Below, piece after piece: positions 39,080 to 50,945 of a DNA stretch of 64,000 nucleotides (within the stretch, counting starts at the first letter, position 1; every line of letters begins with the position of its first letter). The translations under genes and the position numbers were made by a program. Below the pieces are notes generated by a model. It saw only the letters and a program-made list of their open reading frames with translations. It had not been told where the DNA came from and searched no databases. Origin of the DNA: Moniliella sp. 'wahieum' (Eukaryota); the NCBI GenBank assembly GCA_003971905.1, contig RSEE01000062.1, positions 62,001 through 126,000 on the forward strand, in the 5' to 3' direction.

Positions 39080-40688
39080 ATGCCCACCGTCAATGGCCCC
39101 AGCTGGCCCAGCCTGCGAGACGCGTCGCGTGCGAGCGGCCACGCACCACCACCATCGCCTCCCTCCATGGTTGCCGCCGAGCCCGTCGTCGATCTCGGCC
39201 CGCGCCAGCCGGCCTACCGCGGCAGCACGCTCTCCGTCCCCAGCGCAGCCGCCCGCCGCATGCTCGCGCGTCTCGACAAGCCCCAACTCATCGAGCTCGT
39301 CCTCCACTGGATGCGCGGTCTGGACCCCGACCGCCATCCCCCCCACCTGTCCCGCGCCTCCCGTGCCCCGGCGCTGCCGACCAGGACGATCCAGCCTCCT
39401 TCCCCGAGCTGGCCGATGCCATCAGCAAGGAGCGCCGCGTCGGCTCCTTTGCTGCCGCTCTTGCTCTTTGGGACGGGCCGATGCGCGACGATCGCGTCCC
39501 CAAGGTCCGCGCGCTGGATCGCATCCTCACTGTCGACTGGCCCCATGGTCTCTCCTTCACCATGATTGCCGACATTGACGCCGTCTATCTCGCTTCCCAC
39601 CCCGAGTCACGCCAATGGGCTGCCGCCAAGCTTGTGTTTGACCAGGACAACGGTGTGTTTTTCTTTCTCTTCGCCGCTCCTCACTGACCCACCTCACCCC
39701 CCCCCCGATCTGGACCCATCCAAGCTACAGACCAACCTATCACGTGAACTCAACTCTACTTTGGGCACTACGCGTACCTTTTCCCTCCCGCCGCCGCGGC
39801 CGACAAGGCCTTTGCCACCCCGCAAGCCAATGGGGTAGGGCCCGCCTGGTTTGGCGTGTTTACCGCCATCCGCGTCTGTGCTGCCCCCTTGCCTAATGAT
39901 GTGTGTGGACGAGGTGGTGGGGGGGCACTGTGGTTGCTCTTCATCCCCCACACCCCGTGGGTGCTCTACTCGGGCGCCATGGGACGGCAAGAGTCCCCCT
40001 CGGAAGCAAGAAAGCTGGCGCTGCATGCGTTTGCCAAGCTGTCGGTGCTCAAAGGGTCTCTCTCCCGTCGCAAGCCACTGCGTCGTCCCCTCCTGCGTCG
40101 GAACTCAAGGGAAGGGATGCACTGGGCCTGCGTCTTGCCATCTTGCAGTCTCAAGCTCCTTCCGGAGGGCATGGGACTCAAATGTTAGCTGGCACTGCAG
40201 AGGATGGACCGTTGACGGACGCTTCGCTTCGACGGCGAGAGAGGGACCCAGTACGTGCCTACGGTGTGCCGAGTGCGGTGGCAGGGGAAGCAGAGCGTGT
40301 CCGAGCCGTGCGAGAACGCGAAGCGGCCGACTTATTTGGCACGGGACGAACGCAAGGTCCGGAACAAGCAGAAACCGATGACGGCCTGCCACGGGTACGG
40401 AGGATAGAGTACGAGATGCGCCTCCCGTTCCCCCCCGGTTTGTTGGGGGAGGACTACCGCCTGCCCCCCCACGAGTTGCTGGTTGCCAACCCGATTCAGC
40501 TCCGGTTCGACGGGACCCATGTTGCGTCGGGCTTGCGAAAAATTGTCCTGGCCGGGCTGGATGTGGATGAACCCACCTCCTACCTCGGATTGGACGATGA
40601 AGAGCCCCCTCCCACTGTACGGCAGGGGTTACCTCTCTGGTTGGCTGAAGTGAGAGGGACCAACATCGTGGTTGGACTGCAACAATGA
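39080..40688 (+). CDS. CHL4: Inner kinetochore protein CHL4/Mis15/CENP-N; probable introns and frameshifts
   Basis: LARLDKPQLIELVLHW, LDRILTVDWPHGLSFTMIADIDAVYLASHPESRQW and C-terminal LRFDGTHVASGLRKIV...LPLWL resemble fungal Chl4 blocks as I recall them. Confidence 0.75.
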
Positions 40689-40948
40689 GTAATGATGGAG
40701 AATTGATCTGCACAACATATTGTTTCATGACCGAGCGCAGAATGCTACTAGTACTAATACAGATCCAACACCCACACCGCACTGCTATAAGTATCAGACG
40801 ATTTCATGTCCAATCCGGGCCATCGAGATTGCCAGCAAGGATTGCTGGTTTTGGGAGGGTAAACCTGCGGGCCCCCAACATTGGAAGCAACGGAGATGCC
40901 AGTGCGCGGTGGGGGGAATACATAACACGTCGATAAAAAAGAAGATTA

Positions 40949-42753
40949 TTACAGAGGCCAGCGTTTTCCAACGGGACCACCAGCCGCCTTGATGGCAGCC
41001 CGTTGTTCATGCAAAATCCAGATGGGGAACGTGAGGAACAGAATGGCCAAAAATGCCCAGAGAATACCAAAGTGCTTCAGGATGTGGATCCTCTGTCCCA
41101 CATCAAAGATGATTGTGGTGTAGATGGCCTTCATATTGTAGAAGGGCATGGCGTACTCCCATTTGTCTGCCGAAGAAGAAGAAGAAAGCAAGGTTAGTAT
41201 GCAGCCCAAGAGGCAGCGAGATAAAGACGTACAAAACGAGTTGAGCATCTCCACAGGATAGTTGGCTCCCGCCACACCGGTACAGATAACAATATCAGCC
41301 CAAACGCAATGAACCGCGGCGTCATGATCGAGATGAGGCATTCAATCCAAAAGCCCAACACGAGGAAACCGACGTAGGTCGCAGAGAAAAAGGCAAAAAA
41401 CCCGGCGGCATTGTTAGGCCCCATCTTGTTAAACTTGACATGGAAGGGAAGGTTGATCATGGAGAACATGAGCGCAATCGGCGCATAGGCAATAATCGGC
41501 ACCCCAAAGCGCAGGAGGATAAGCGCACGTGGGGTGAGATAGACTTGCAGCCGTTGTCGCATCTGGTATAGCGCCATGGTCAAGTTAAATGTCAAGATGG
41601 CAGAGTAGATGAGCCCAACAAAGGTGGTGGCGACAGTAACGCTTTGATTAAAGGGGCGGAGGTCTTGGACGGTGTACCAGATGGGTTGGGTGACGGTTTG
41701 AGGAGCGGCCTGGGCCGCGGCGAGGAGCGTAGTCGCGTTGGGCGCACTGGCAACTTGGTTCAGCCAGTGGGTCAATGACGGATTGAGTTGCTTAAGAATG
41801 CTCTCAATGATGCCCGTTGTTGGTTCGAGGATGTAGGTGGTGGCAGCGTTGAAGTTACGGGACGAGGCTTGGTAGACCGTTACAAGGCTAGATGGGTCCC
41901 AAGACGCATCCCCGGTTGCGCGTGCCTGCTCCAGCAGGGCCGTGGCGTTGGGTGCGATGCGAACAATGACCCAGGCAGCAAAACTGCGGACCACAGTATG
42001 CTCAATCGCTGGAATAGGATACTCGCTAGCGGGTTTAGATACCAGTGCAACCGCATCGGGTTGGAAGGGTTGTCAGTGGCTAGGATGCCATGTTCCAACG
42101 CCTGTCCTACTGCACCGTTGGGGTCCCCGTTAACCACCCACGCCGGCAAGCCGGGGAGTGAGATTGTACAATGACCCCCACTGGACAAAAGGTCAGTGTA
42201 TGCGTTGGCAAAACCGGCAGGATAAGCACTCACGTAGATGGGGAAGAGCCCCCAGATGAGAGGCCCACACAAGATCATGACCATGGGGATCACCCCTTCT
42301 TAAAAATACCCGTGAGCATAGGTCGGATACGCGGATCGGAGAGCGTATGTGACTTGAACTGCAGCTCACCGCCGGTTTGGCGCCTTCAGTATCCTCCTGT
42401 TGGGATGGAGCATCAATTTTCTCGTCGTCGGGGAGAGTTGTTGAGAATCATTCTCCCTGAGCGTGTCGTTCCGCTCAAGCTGGAAGACAGGAACAGAAGG
42501 CGTAACCACCACCATCGGGGCCAACGTAGTGTGGAAGAAGCGGAGAGGTGATGGGATGGAAGGGGTGGGGGTGGGGCGGTGGGAGTGCCAGAGGTTCGCC
42601 ACGGCCGCTTAAATCCAGATGGTTCGGCACGGGTGATATCCGACCCAACAACCACCCTCCCGTTGCGCGTTGCGCGCGATCAGCCGGGGTGGGGGCAGAG
42701 TTGGCAGGGGGGCAGTAGGATATCAGTTTCGGATGTCGGCCTTGCTCGGGCAT
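40949..42753 (-). CDS. SNG1/DUF3533-type multi-pass membrane protein; start approximate; introns and frameshifts
   Basis: N-terminal TM ending ..PIYVS, luminal domain WVVNGD...VGQA, W..V.IAPNAT, SSRN, DLRPF, VGLIY..ILTF, several TM helices, and YAMPFYN...IIFD...FGILWAF. Confidence 0.8.
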
Positions 42754-43181
42754 GGTCGCGGCAGGGGGGCAGTGAAGCGATCAGTTTCAGATGTCGGCCA
42801 TATTCGGACGGTATCGGACCTGAGCGGACATGGACGGATATGGACGGACATGGGCGGGCATGGGCGGAACTCCCTATACTGAGCCCTAAAGCGAGCGATG
42901 TAGACTGTCGTTCACGCATTCGCCGGGCTCTTCCCGGCGGTCACCGAAACACAGGCGTCACTTCAGTCCCTGAGGGCCTCTGGCCTCTGGCCCCCAAGCT
43001 CTCAGATACCAAGCCTCAAGCGACGCCTTGGGCAACTGTGACGATTTCGAATAGGCGCATGGATCTCTCTGTATAGTCCAAATCTGATGGGGGAGAGGCC
43101 AGCAGTAGTGCAAGCATAACGTTTTTGACAGCAAAATAATCGAAGAACTATTATATCGTCACCTATATGTTGTGTGCATTC

Positions 43182-46100
43182 CATTGACAGAGCTTAAGGC
43201 TGGGACAGGGGGAACGCTACGTCTAAACCGAACCGTTCATCTTGCGGGGGGTTGTTTGGAAGCGCCACTAAGGTCAAGGAACCAGGGGGATTGCCAGGAT
43301 ATCAGGACCCTACGGCTCTCGCCATCCGGTCCCGTACCCTAGGAAGCGCGTGTGGACACGGAGGAACGTGGTTGACATACGAGCGAGGAACCATTTCCAC
43401 TGAGACTTAGTAGCCAACTCCTTCCAATGCGCAAACAACTTGCCCGCCGTCTTGGTGCCGTAGTATCCTCGCGTCGTCAAAACCAGGGGGAAAAACGGTT
43501 CTTGAGTGCGTCTCTGGTACTTGACGTTCTTATCGCATTCTGTTTGTTCAAGCAGCCGAAGCAGTTCCTTCTCCCGGCGTTCCAAAGGCGACGCAGTGCT
43601 CTCATGCACCACCCGCCGGTATGCGCTCTGCGCCTCCTGCGATCCCGTGTCGCGCAGCGTGTGGTCTACCTCCATTCCGGTTCCTCCCAGTGCTCCGGGC
43701 CCCATCACTCTGTAATCGGTGCGCTGTGCCTTCCGTCCGCGCCTCGTCCCATCCTCTTCCTCCACCATAGGTTCGTTGTGGACGTGGGTGTCGGGGATGG
43801 AGCGTAGGAGCTGGAGAATGGGCTCCCGCACTGCCTCATGCAAATCACCAAACTTGGCCTGGGTGCGGGTGCAGGACATGATGTGTTCCAGCGAGGACAT
43901 GGCGCCGCACTTGCACATGCTGCGCGTGGTCCGGCACAGCGTGCGGAGCTGGAGACCAAACTGGACCTGCTGGTCAGAGAGCTTGAGGTACGGGACGGAT
44001 GGAATGGCGGAGAGCCAGTTGTGGCTCAGCGGGTTGCTGTGCTCAACCACATGGCGACCATCGGCAGCGTCCAGCTTCTGGAGCAGCTCCTGTCGACTTT
44101 GCTCCCACATCTCGCGGCAGCGCTGGCGTTGCTTCGTAAATGCGTTGGCCCTTGCCGTTTGCGGTCCCGAACGGTCAACATAAGTGGTAATAAGATAGTC
44201 GTTGACCTCGTTGGCCGCGGCACGGGCGGGGGCGCGATATACGAGTAAAGCGGGCTGCCACTCCTCCCAGCCGAAGAGGCAGGCTCATGAGCATGTCGAA
44301 GTGGTCGTCCTTGGCACCTTGGGGATCCTCGTCGCCCCGGATCCGTCTGAACTCCGCACAGATGAAGGCATCAATCTCGGCCAGCACGTCGTCTAGCTCT
44401 CCTTCCATCTGCATGGTGCGGAGCAGGTGGCGCAGCTTGGTCTGAGTGCTGAGCCGCCATAGTAAGAGGCGTCCCTGGCGGGTGATGCCATCAAACTTAG
44501 GCATGTTCTCCCTCAGACTGGCCAGTTGGGCCGGAGCCACGATCGACGACAGTCTACCCCTCCCACACAAGTACCCAGAACCTGCAGACCATCCTCCCGA
44601 ATCTGGTCCCGGTCCCGCTCGACACACTTACGCAGGTTGAGCTTGAGGCCTGACGCGTCGTCTTCCAAAATCTCCGCGGCTAGGCCGGTAATGCTTGGCC
44701 CTGGACCGAAAATCGTAATGTCGTCCAGGTATGCCATCACCAGGTGCCCCGGCGGCAGGTCTTGTTCCAGTTTCTCCAGCGTGGGCCGCACTGCGATGAG
44801 AAGAAAAAGGGGGCGAGGGGTCGCCCTGCCGTACGCCCTCTGCCGACAGGACGTTGGTCTCATTTCCGCCCGACGCGACCCAGAGCTGGGTGGGGGAACC
44901 ATAGATCCATCGGCCCAAGGTGAGGAGATGGGGGGCGTAGGCATGGAGCGCCTTGGCGAGTGTGCGACGGCGCACAGTGTTGAAGGCGTTGGTAAAGTCG
45001 AGCATGGCGACGTGGCTGAAGTCGCCCAGTTCCGCATCGTTCTCCCCGCCTGGCGCTGTCATGCGCTCGACCATCCGTACGATAGGCTCCACCCCGTTTT
45101 GCGATGCTACTCCCAACTGGTGGGGAGAAGCCAGCTGTTGGGGGCGATCGCTCGAGCGATGGCCTTGGCGCACAGGCGGTAGACCAGCTCCCCACAGGCG
45201 ATGGGGCGGATGCCTCCCGATGCCTTCTCCAGGGGGGTAAGGCGGGAGGCCAACAGGAGCTCGCGTCCTGGGGCAGTGCCGTGGTAAATACTCTTGGTGA
45301 GGGCGGTGAGAAAGGTGACGAAGCGCTTGCATTCAAGGGCCGTTCTTAGGAGGGGCTGGGTCCACCCGGATAGACCTGCCCCAACGTCGATTCTGAACGT
45401 GGCAATCAAGGCAACAAAGTCGATTTCGTCCAAGTCCACCACGATACGGTCACTGTCCGTCGTGTCGGTGAGGGTGGTGCCCGGCGGTACCACGCGGCCT
45501 GTGTGGGTGGGACTAGTGCGGGTGGTGGTGTTGCCAAAGGCTGTGCCCGGGCCGAGGCTGAAGGGGTTCGCCTCTCCAACGGGGTGGAGCTTTTCCAGGC
45601 TTGCCTGGGTCTCGGGGGTGAGAGGGGCAATGGTGGATTGGCCGACGAGGGTACTTGCTGCGCGGCTGAGGCAGCCCTCCCGAATGAGGCGGTCGGCCTT
45701 GGTGACTGGGTCGAGAGCCTCGCGCGTTGAGAAGTCGGGGGGCGGAGGGAGTTGCCAGGCGCTGTTGGGGTAGTCCCGATGAGGTTATTGTCCTTGTTGT
45801 GGTGGCGGAGTAGTACTTCCTTAGGCACCGCTAGAATATCCATCAGGTGTGCTGACGAGGGCTCCTGCAAGTAAGCATCGCCAGACGGCCGAGCATCTGA
45901 AGGAAAGGGCGCTTCAGGTGTGGCGGTATCTTGCGTGTGCCTGGGCGTTCGGCCAGGGCGGTGAAACGGGGAGGAGGTCGGCCCCCATGTCGGTCGAGGG
46001 GTTGCGCGGCCGTCTGGTGGCGGTGGTGGTGGGGGCGGTATATGTAATTGTTCGTGGCAAACGTAGCACGTGCTGAACCTGCTTGTTTGTGTGGGCGGGG

Positions 46101-46215
46101 CGAGGTCGTCCCTTTCGTAGGCATGCGAACACGCCTGTGAGGGAAGGAGCACGATGCCTCGGGCTAAGACGGGGGCTTGCGAGCCCTTCTCGGGACCGAG
46201 TTTGGCCGAGCCCAA
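43182..46215 (-). mobile_element. Non-LTR retrotransposon of the CRE clade (Cnl1/MoTeR-like): single ORF with RT, Zn knuckle and restriction-like endonuclease; 5' boundary undetermined (may extend to ~47300)
   Basis: GAGLSGWT, LTPLEKASGGIRPIACGE, QLGV, LDFTNAFNTV, GVRQGDP, AYLDD, GLKLNLRKC, SLPLRLGG, WLSAIP, CKCG...HIMSC, and EP..RTD..VDHT..ECDKNVKY..FFPLV. Stop at 43310. Confidence 0.93.
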
Positions 46216-48294
46216 AAGCTCTTTTCCCTCACAGTAGTGCCATGGCGGACAAGATGCAGTAATAGGGCCCCGGATCCGGCGGCTGTGTGTCTACGTATGA
46301 TGCCCCCCGCAGTGGCAGTTCGCCTTCATTGCACCGGCCTTGTCCCCTTCAGGAACTACACACGGCTGTCCTGGTGGTTCTATTAACCCCTCCGAGCTGG
46401 GACGACAGCTGGCTCCCAACCCAACAAAGTCGCGATCGTAGACAAGTCGTCATCCACGATAAGTCTCCTCTTTAATGCATCCCGCAGGGTCCCCCGATTG
46501 CTCAGTCTCGCTATTCCCGTTCCAGTCCCAGTCCCATCCGGGGTCCGCGCACGACAAAATAACGATGGTAGAACGGACGCTATAATGGTGGAAGCCAACA
46601 CTAGTCCTCATCACTCTGGGGTGGATGATATATGTACTTGCCAAACTCCATCACGCGTCTGTACAGCGTTCCTGGGCTCGTCTGCCCTCCACCTTCTCCG
46701 ACATGGAGATGAGTGAGGAATTCGCCTGGCTTGCACTGGGAGCAGGGGAATCATGGACGATAGAGGTTCCCAGGCTGTGTCCCCTGAAGCAGAAGGAGGT
46801 GCAGGAGGGGTGGTGTGAGAGCTCGTGAGGTCCCGGGCGCCAGTTCCCCATTGGCGTGGGCGGAGGCAGTACTACTCAGCCGCCTTCGTTTTCGCGCCTG
46901 ACCCGAATTCCCTCGCCCTGCCCCAGAAGTGCGAGGGGCACGCCTCTGCGGCCAATCACCTGATTGGCCGCCAATTGAGCCTGAGCGGCTTCGACTTACG
47001 GTAGTTTCGGGCTTGGGCTGGTTGGTTGTTCCGAGCGGAGCTAGGGACGAGGAGAGAGGGATTTGGTGGGGCGGCTGCACGACGTGTGGCGAGACTGCGT
47101 CTGCACCGGCTTGTGCCGTAGTAACGTGTCTGAAGCCTCTGGGACTTAGGGACGGGAGGAGGCAGTGGCAGAAACACTGCCTCAACTGAGACTGGATAGA
47201 GACTGGAAATGGACGTGGCCAGAGGAGGGCTCGCGCGACTGGACTGACGGATTGCTGGAGGACAAGGTGGGAGGACAAGTCGGACGCTAACAAGAGGAGG
47301 CTACCTGTACTGGATCAGTTGGCTGGAAAACGGGCAGGAGTCGGACAGGATAGGTGGGAAGGGGAAGGAGACAGGAGACGAGAGAGGACGAGAATGGAGC
47401 GTGGACGAGAGAGGACGAGAATGGAAGGTGGGGAAAGGATCCCCATCAACCAGGGGTACAGGCAAGATCAAAAGGGAAACGGATACAAGAGGGCGTGTAC
47501 AAACGAAGACACTTCAAAAGAGGGGTTGGTCGCCGCAGGCGCGACCGAGAGAAAGGAAAAGGAAAGGGGGCGGGGCGACAGTCGTCGCAACGACACTGGA
47601 AGCTCGGTGGCCTTATTTAGGCCAGCCGACTTGGATTTGGGCGGGGGGACTATTGTCGCGCGGTTGCATGGCCCTTCGGACCACGGACTATTTTAGCCCA
47701 CCATCATCGCACTTGGTTGGCCTGCGGTGCACGCTCTACTGGTCATGTGAGGAGCAGGTGGGCCTTAGCTTGGGTCGGACCATCTCGGGTCCGCCGCAGC
47801 CCGTAACAATGAGAGGAATGGCGAATGAAATACCAGGTGTCAGGGGGGAGAAGGGGTCCGTAGTATAGCGTCTCCCTCATGCATCACCATGACGCACCTT
47901 TCAACACTCGATATACTTCGACCATCGTCCACCCTCCCTTTGGCCTCAGTGCTCGTACTCAGCTCCCTAGCACTTTCATCCGTACTCAGTACTCAACCAG
48001 GAGGCCATAGGTGCCATCAGATTGAGGCCATCAGTTGGTCACGGGGGACTGTACCGAAGACTTTTCTTAACTTCAGCTCCACTCCCACCACCCCGTTTGG
48101 GTTTGGGCGACGCACAGAAGAACTAGAACTACATTGTTTGCTGTTTGCCCGTAAAAGCACGGTGTGGGCAGTGCAATCGGCTGCTAGCTCTGGGTGGCAG
48201 ATAGAGGGGTGAGGCCAGAGGAGCGGAGGGAGTGGAATGTAGAAGAAGAACACATGTACCTATCAAGAACCCCGGGGGACTGGTAAAACACCAA

Positions 48295-48704
48295 TCTATA
48301 CTAGGACACGTGCACTATCCACCAGGCTCTCACCACACAGAGTGAACCTTTATATATAATGCCCTATTAACCCTCAGCAAAGACGGACTGACCTTGTGCT
48401 GTGTCGGACCTTGAGTCCCTCTAATACGTTATTAGAATCCCAAACGGGGTGTGCACCACTCTTTTACATCAGCATTGCGTAAGCCACCGGTGCGCAGCCA
48501 GCCACCCCAGCCACCCCAGCCAGCGCGTATCGGTGATATAACTACGCTGGCGAAGGGGGGAACGGTGGCTAGGTGGCGACGGGGACCGGGGAACGGTGGC
48601 TAAGGTGGCGACGGGGGAACGGTGGCTACGGTGGCGGCTGCGAGCAGCAACCAAGCTGGGGCGAAGCCCCAGCTGACCGGGCCGTAGGCCCGGTGGTCTC
48701 CTCG
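48295..48704 (+). mobile_element. Possible small non-autonomous Helitron-like element
   Basis: A|TCTATACTA at 48294-48303, internal repeats, two GC-rich hairpins (48654-48674, 48676-48694), then CTCG|T. The terminus is non-canonical and there is no second copy in the window. Confidence 0.3.
48553..48636. repeat. Three imperfect direct repeats of GGGGAACGGTGGCTA(A)GGTGGCG
   Basis: Read directly. They lie just upstream of two perfect hairpins. Confidence 0.8.
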
Positions 48705-50945
48705 TACGTTATATCACGCGTCACCTCCGTCTAACGAGAGCGGTCGCGGTCGGCGACCAGTCGGGGCATCAGTGGCAACAAGTAACAGGTTCCCCTCTTC
48801 AGTCGATAGTCTCCATATTCAATCCACACGCACAGGACCATTGATAAGCTGTCATATATATCAGCTGATAGCTCCGCCGATATCCGATATCCGGTCCCGG
48901 CTTTCCCGCCCCCAGTCGCTGGGAGCTCTTGCGTACCGCCATGCATCGGTACCATCAGTATTCAGACTGAGTACTCCTCCCTCGACACTTTCAAATGCTT
49001 CGTCGTTCATCGATCTTCATCAGTCTCGCAGCTTCTGGCAACAGTCCTTGGTCACACGTCACACGTCACATGTCACATGTTACATGTTACATGTCATGCA
49101 TGTCACAGCGCAGCTTCCGTCCCGGTTGCTGCTCCAATCGCAGTCAGGCCCCAGACTCAGGGCTATGTGTGTTCCTCGCTACCGCGCTACCTCTTCTTCC
49201 GTCCGCGAGATGCCGAACGCCTTTTCAGGCACAACGACGTCACACGTCTCAGCTCTGCGCAAACGCCGCGGATCAGAGTCTACACAGGTCTACGCAGCTT
49301 CGCATCGAGCCCCACACACAAGTCGCCTTAATGCATTATCGATGTTACATGTTACGTGTTATACACCCAAAGACCTTTCTCGCATAGCTAGTAACTAATA
49401 GTAACTCCCCTCGGACTCGGTACTCAGTACTCACCGGTCATCACCAACACCCCAAAGCTCGAACATGCTGTGCATGTGAGTACTGAGTGTACTCAACTGA
49501 GTACTGAGTACTGAGTACTGAGTATCGACCGTTCCGACCTCCAAAGGGGTTTGGATCCCTTTGATAACTAGTATGTATACCCCCCACACCAGACTGGGCG
49601 CAAGGCGCACTCAGATGTCAGAGGGGAGTGTGCCCGTCTATGATGCATGATGCCTGACAGTCCCAGGCACGCGGCAGGTGCGGCTACCTCATAGACTCCA
49701 TCCAGTATATACTCTCACATACACTGCAAGCTGTCCAACGTCCTACTCTACTAAGTAGACTTGCACGTGCCCGTGAAATCATTAATCATTAATCGTTAAT
49801 CTAATCAGGCCTCAGGCCTCAGGCCTCAGGGAAGATGGAAATACGCGCGCGGGACCTAGTTAACCTAGTTACGCCGCGCAGTGAAGCTTGAAGCTTGAAG
49901 CCGGTGAGGAAAAGGCCTGGGAGGCCTGGGGAGGCATGAGACCTGAGGCCTCGGACACGGGCGCCCTCCGAAGTCAGCTTTTGACTATTGGTCCCCTACC
50001 ACATGTCACTAGTCACTAGTCACTTGTCACTTGCCACGACTGTATTCGTCGCTGTGGGGTCACCGGTCACCACTCGGTACTCGGTACTCGCAGGTCACCG
50101 GTCACCCGTGTCTGCTGGTCATTCTGCCGCAGCCGGGGCGGGCAAAAATGCCAAGACTTGCATCACTGGGCTTTGGGGGAGCGTAAGATCGGGTAGAGCC
50201 GCTAAGACAGTATTTGTGGGGTATTTGGCTTGGCGCTCACCGATCGACGATGGCTGAGACCCGAGGGAACACATGGGTGGTGGCGCAGAGGGTGGGAAGC
50301 TTGAAGCTGTGACATCTGATGCTGCTTGAAGCTCTTGAAACTTGAAGCTTGAAGATGCGATGCCGGGCGGCAGCCTGCAACACCCAGTCGCAGATCTTTA
50401 CTTTTTGGATGCCACGAAAGACAGTTGCCACCGAGGTTGTCGGTCGTCGGTCGTCACCCGGTGCGAGCATCGCAAAGTGCCAAGTCCTACTTCAGGGTCC
50501 GAAAGGTCTGATTAATGATTAGTACTTAGTCTCTGATCTATACCATCGCGGTTAATGATCGATCACTGGCTCATGCGCTCATGAGTAATGGATTAATGAT
50601 TCATCAAGAGGGGAGGATGCGACGCCCATCTCCGCAGCCGCAACGACTGTTGCCGGACCTGCTCTCCCACCGTTTGACGCACCAGTGGTTCTTTCTTGAC
50701 GCTTGAGGCCTGACCCCCACTGCGCCCGTGCCTTGGACAGTGGAGAGTACTATCCAACGTTCACCATAGTAGGGCACGCCTACCGGCAGAGGATAGGACC
50801 GAAGACCCGAAAGACGATGGAACCAAACATATATAAATCAGGAATCGCTGCATGGATAAACTGGCTTAGAGTAGATCACCGCCCTTCTTCTGCCCTTTCT
50901 GCTCTGCTCCTTCACCTCTCGAACGCACTCCAATCCCGTCCCAGT

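Noticed and set aside
38330..39578. Long plus-strand ORFs (411 and 372 aa) overlapping GRC3
   Set aside because: They are GC-rich antisense shadows. Only the part from 39080 belongs to CHL4.
43100..48400. Telomeric-repeat target or LTRs around the retroelement
   Set aside because: I found no TTAGGG arrays or long terminal repeats, and the domain order is that of a non-LTR RLE element.
48553..48700. CRISPR-like repeat array
   Set aside because: Only three imperfect repeats with almost no spacers, no cas genes, and a eukaryotic context.
48425..48712. hAT-type element bounded by the 8-bp direct repeat TACGTTAT (48425-48432 and 48705-48712)
   Set aside because: No terminal inverted repeats lie inside the duplication. 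It may be chance or part of the Helitron-like structure.
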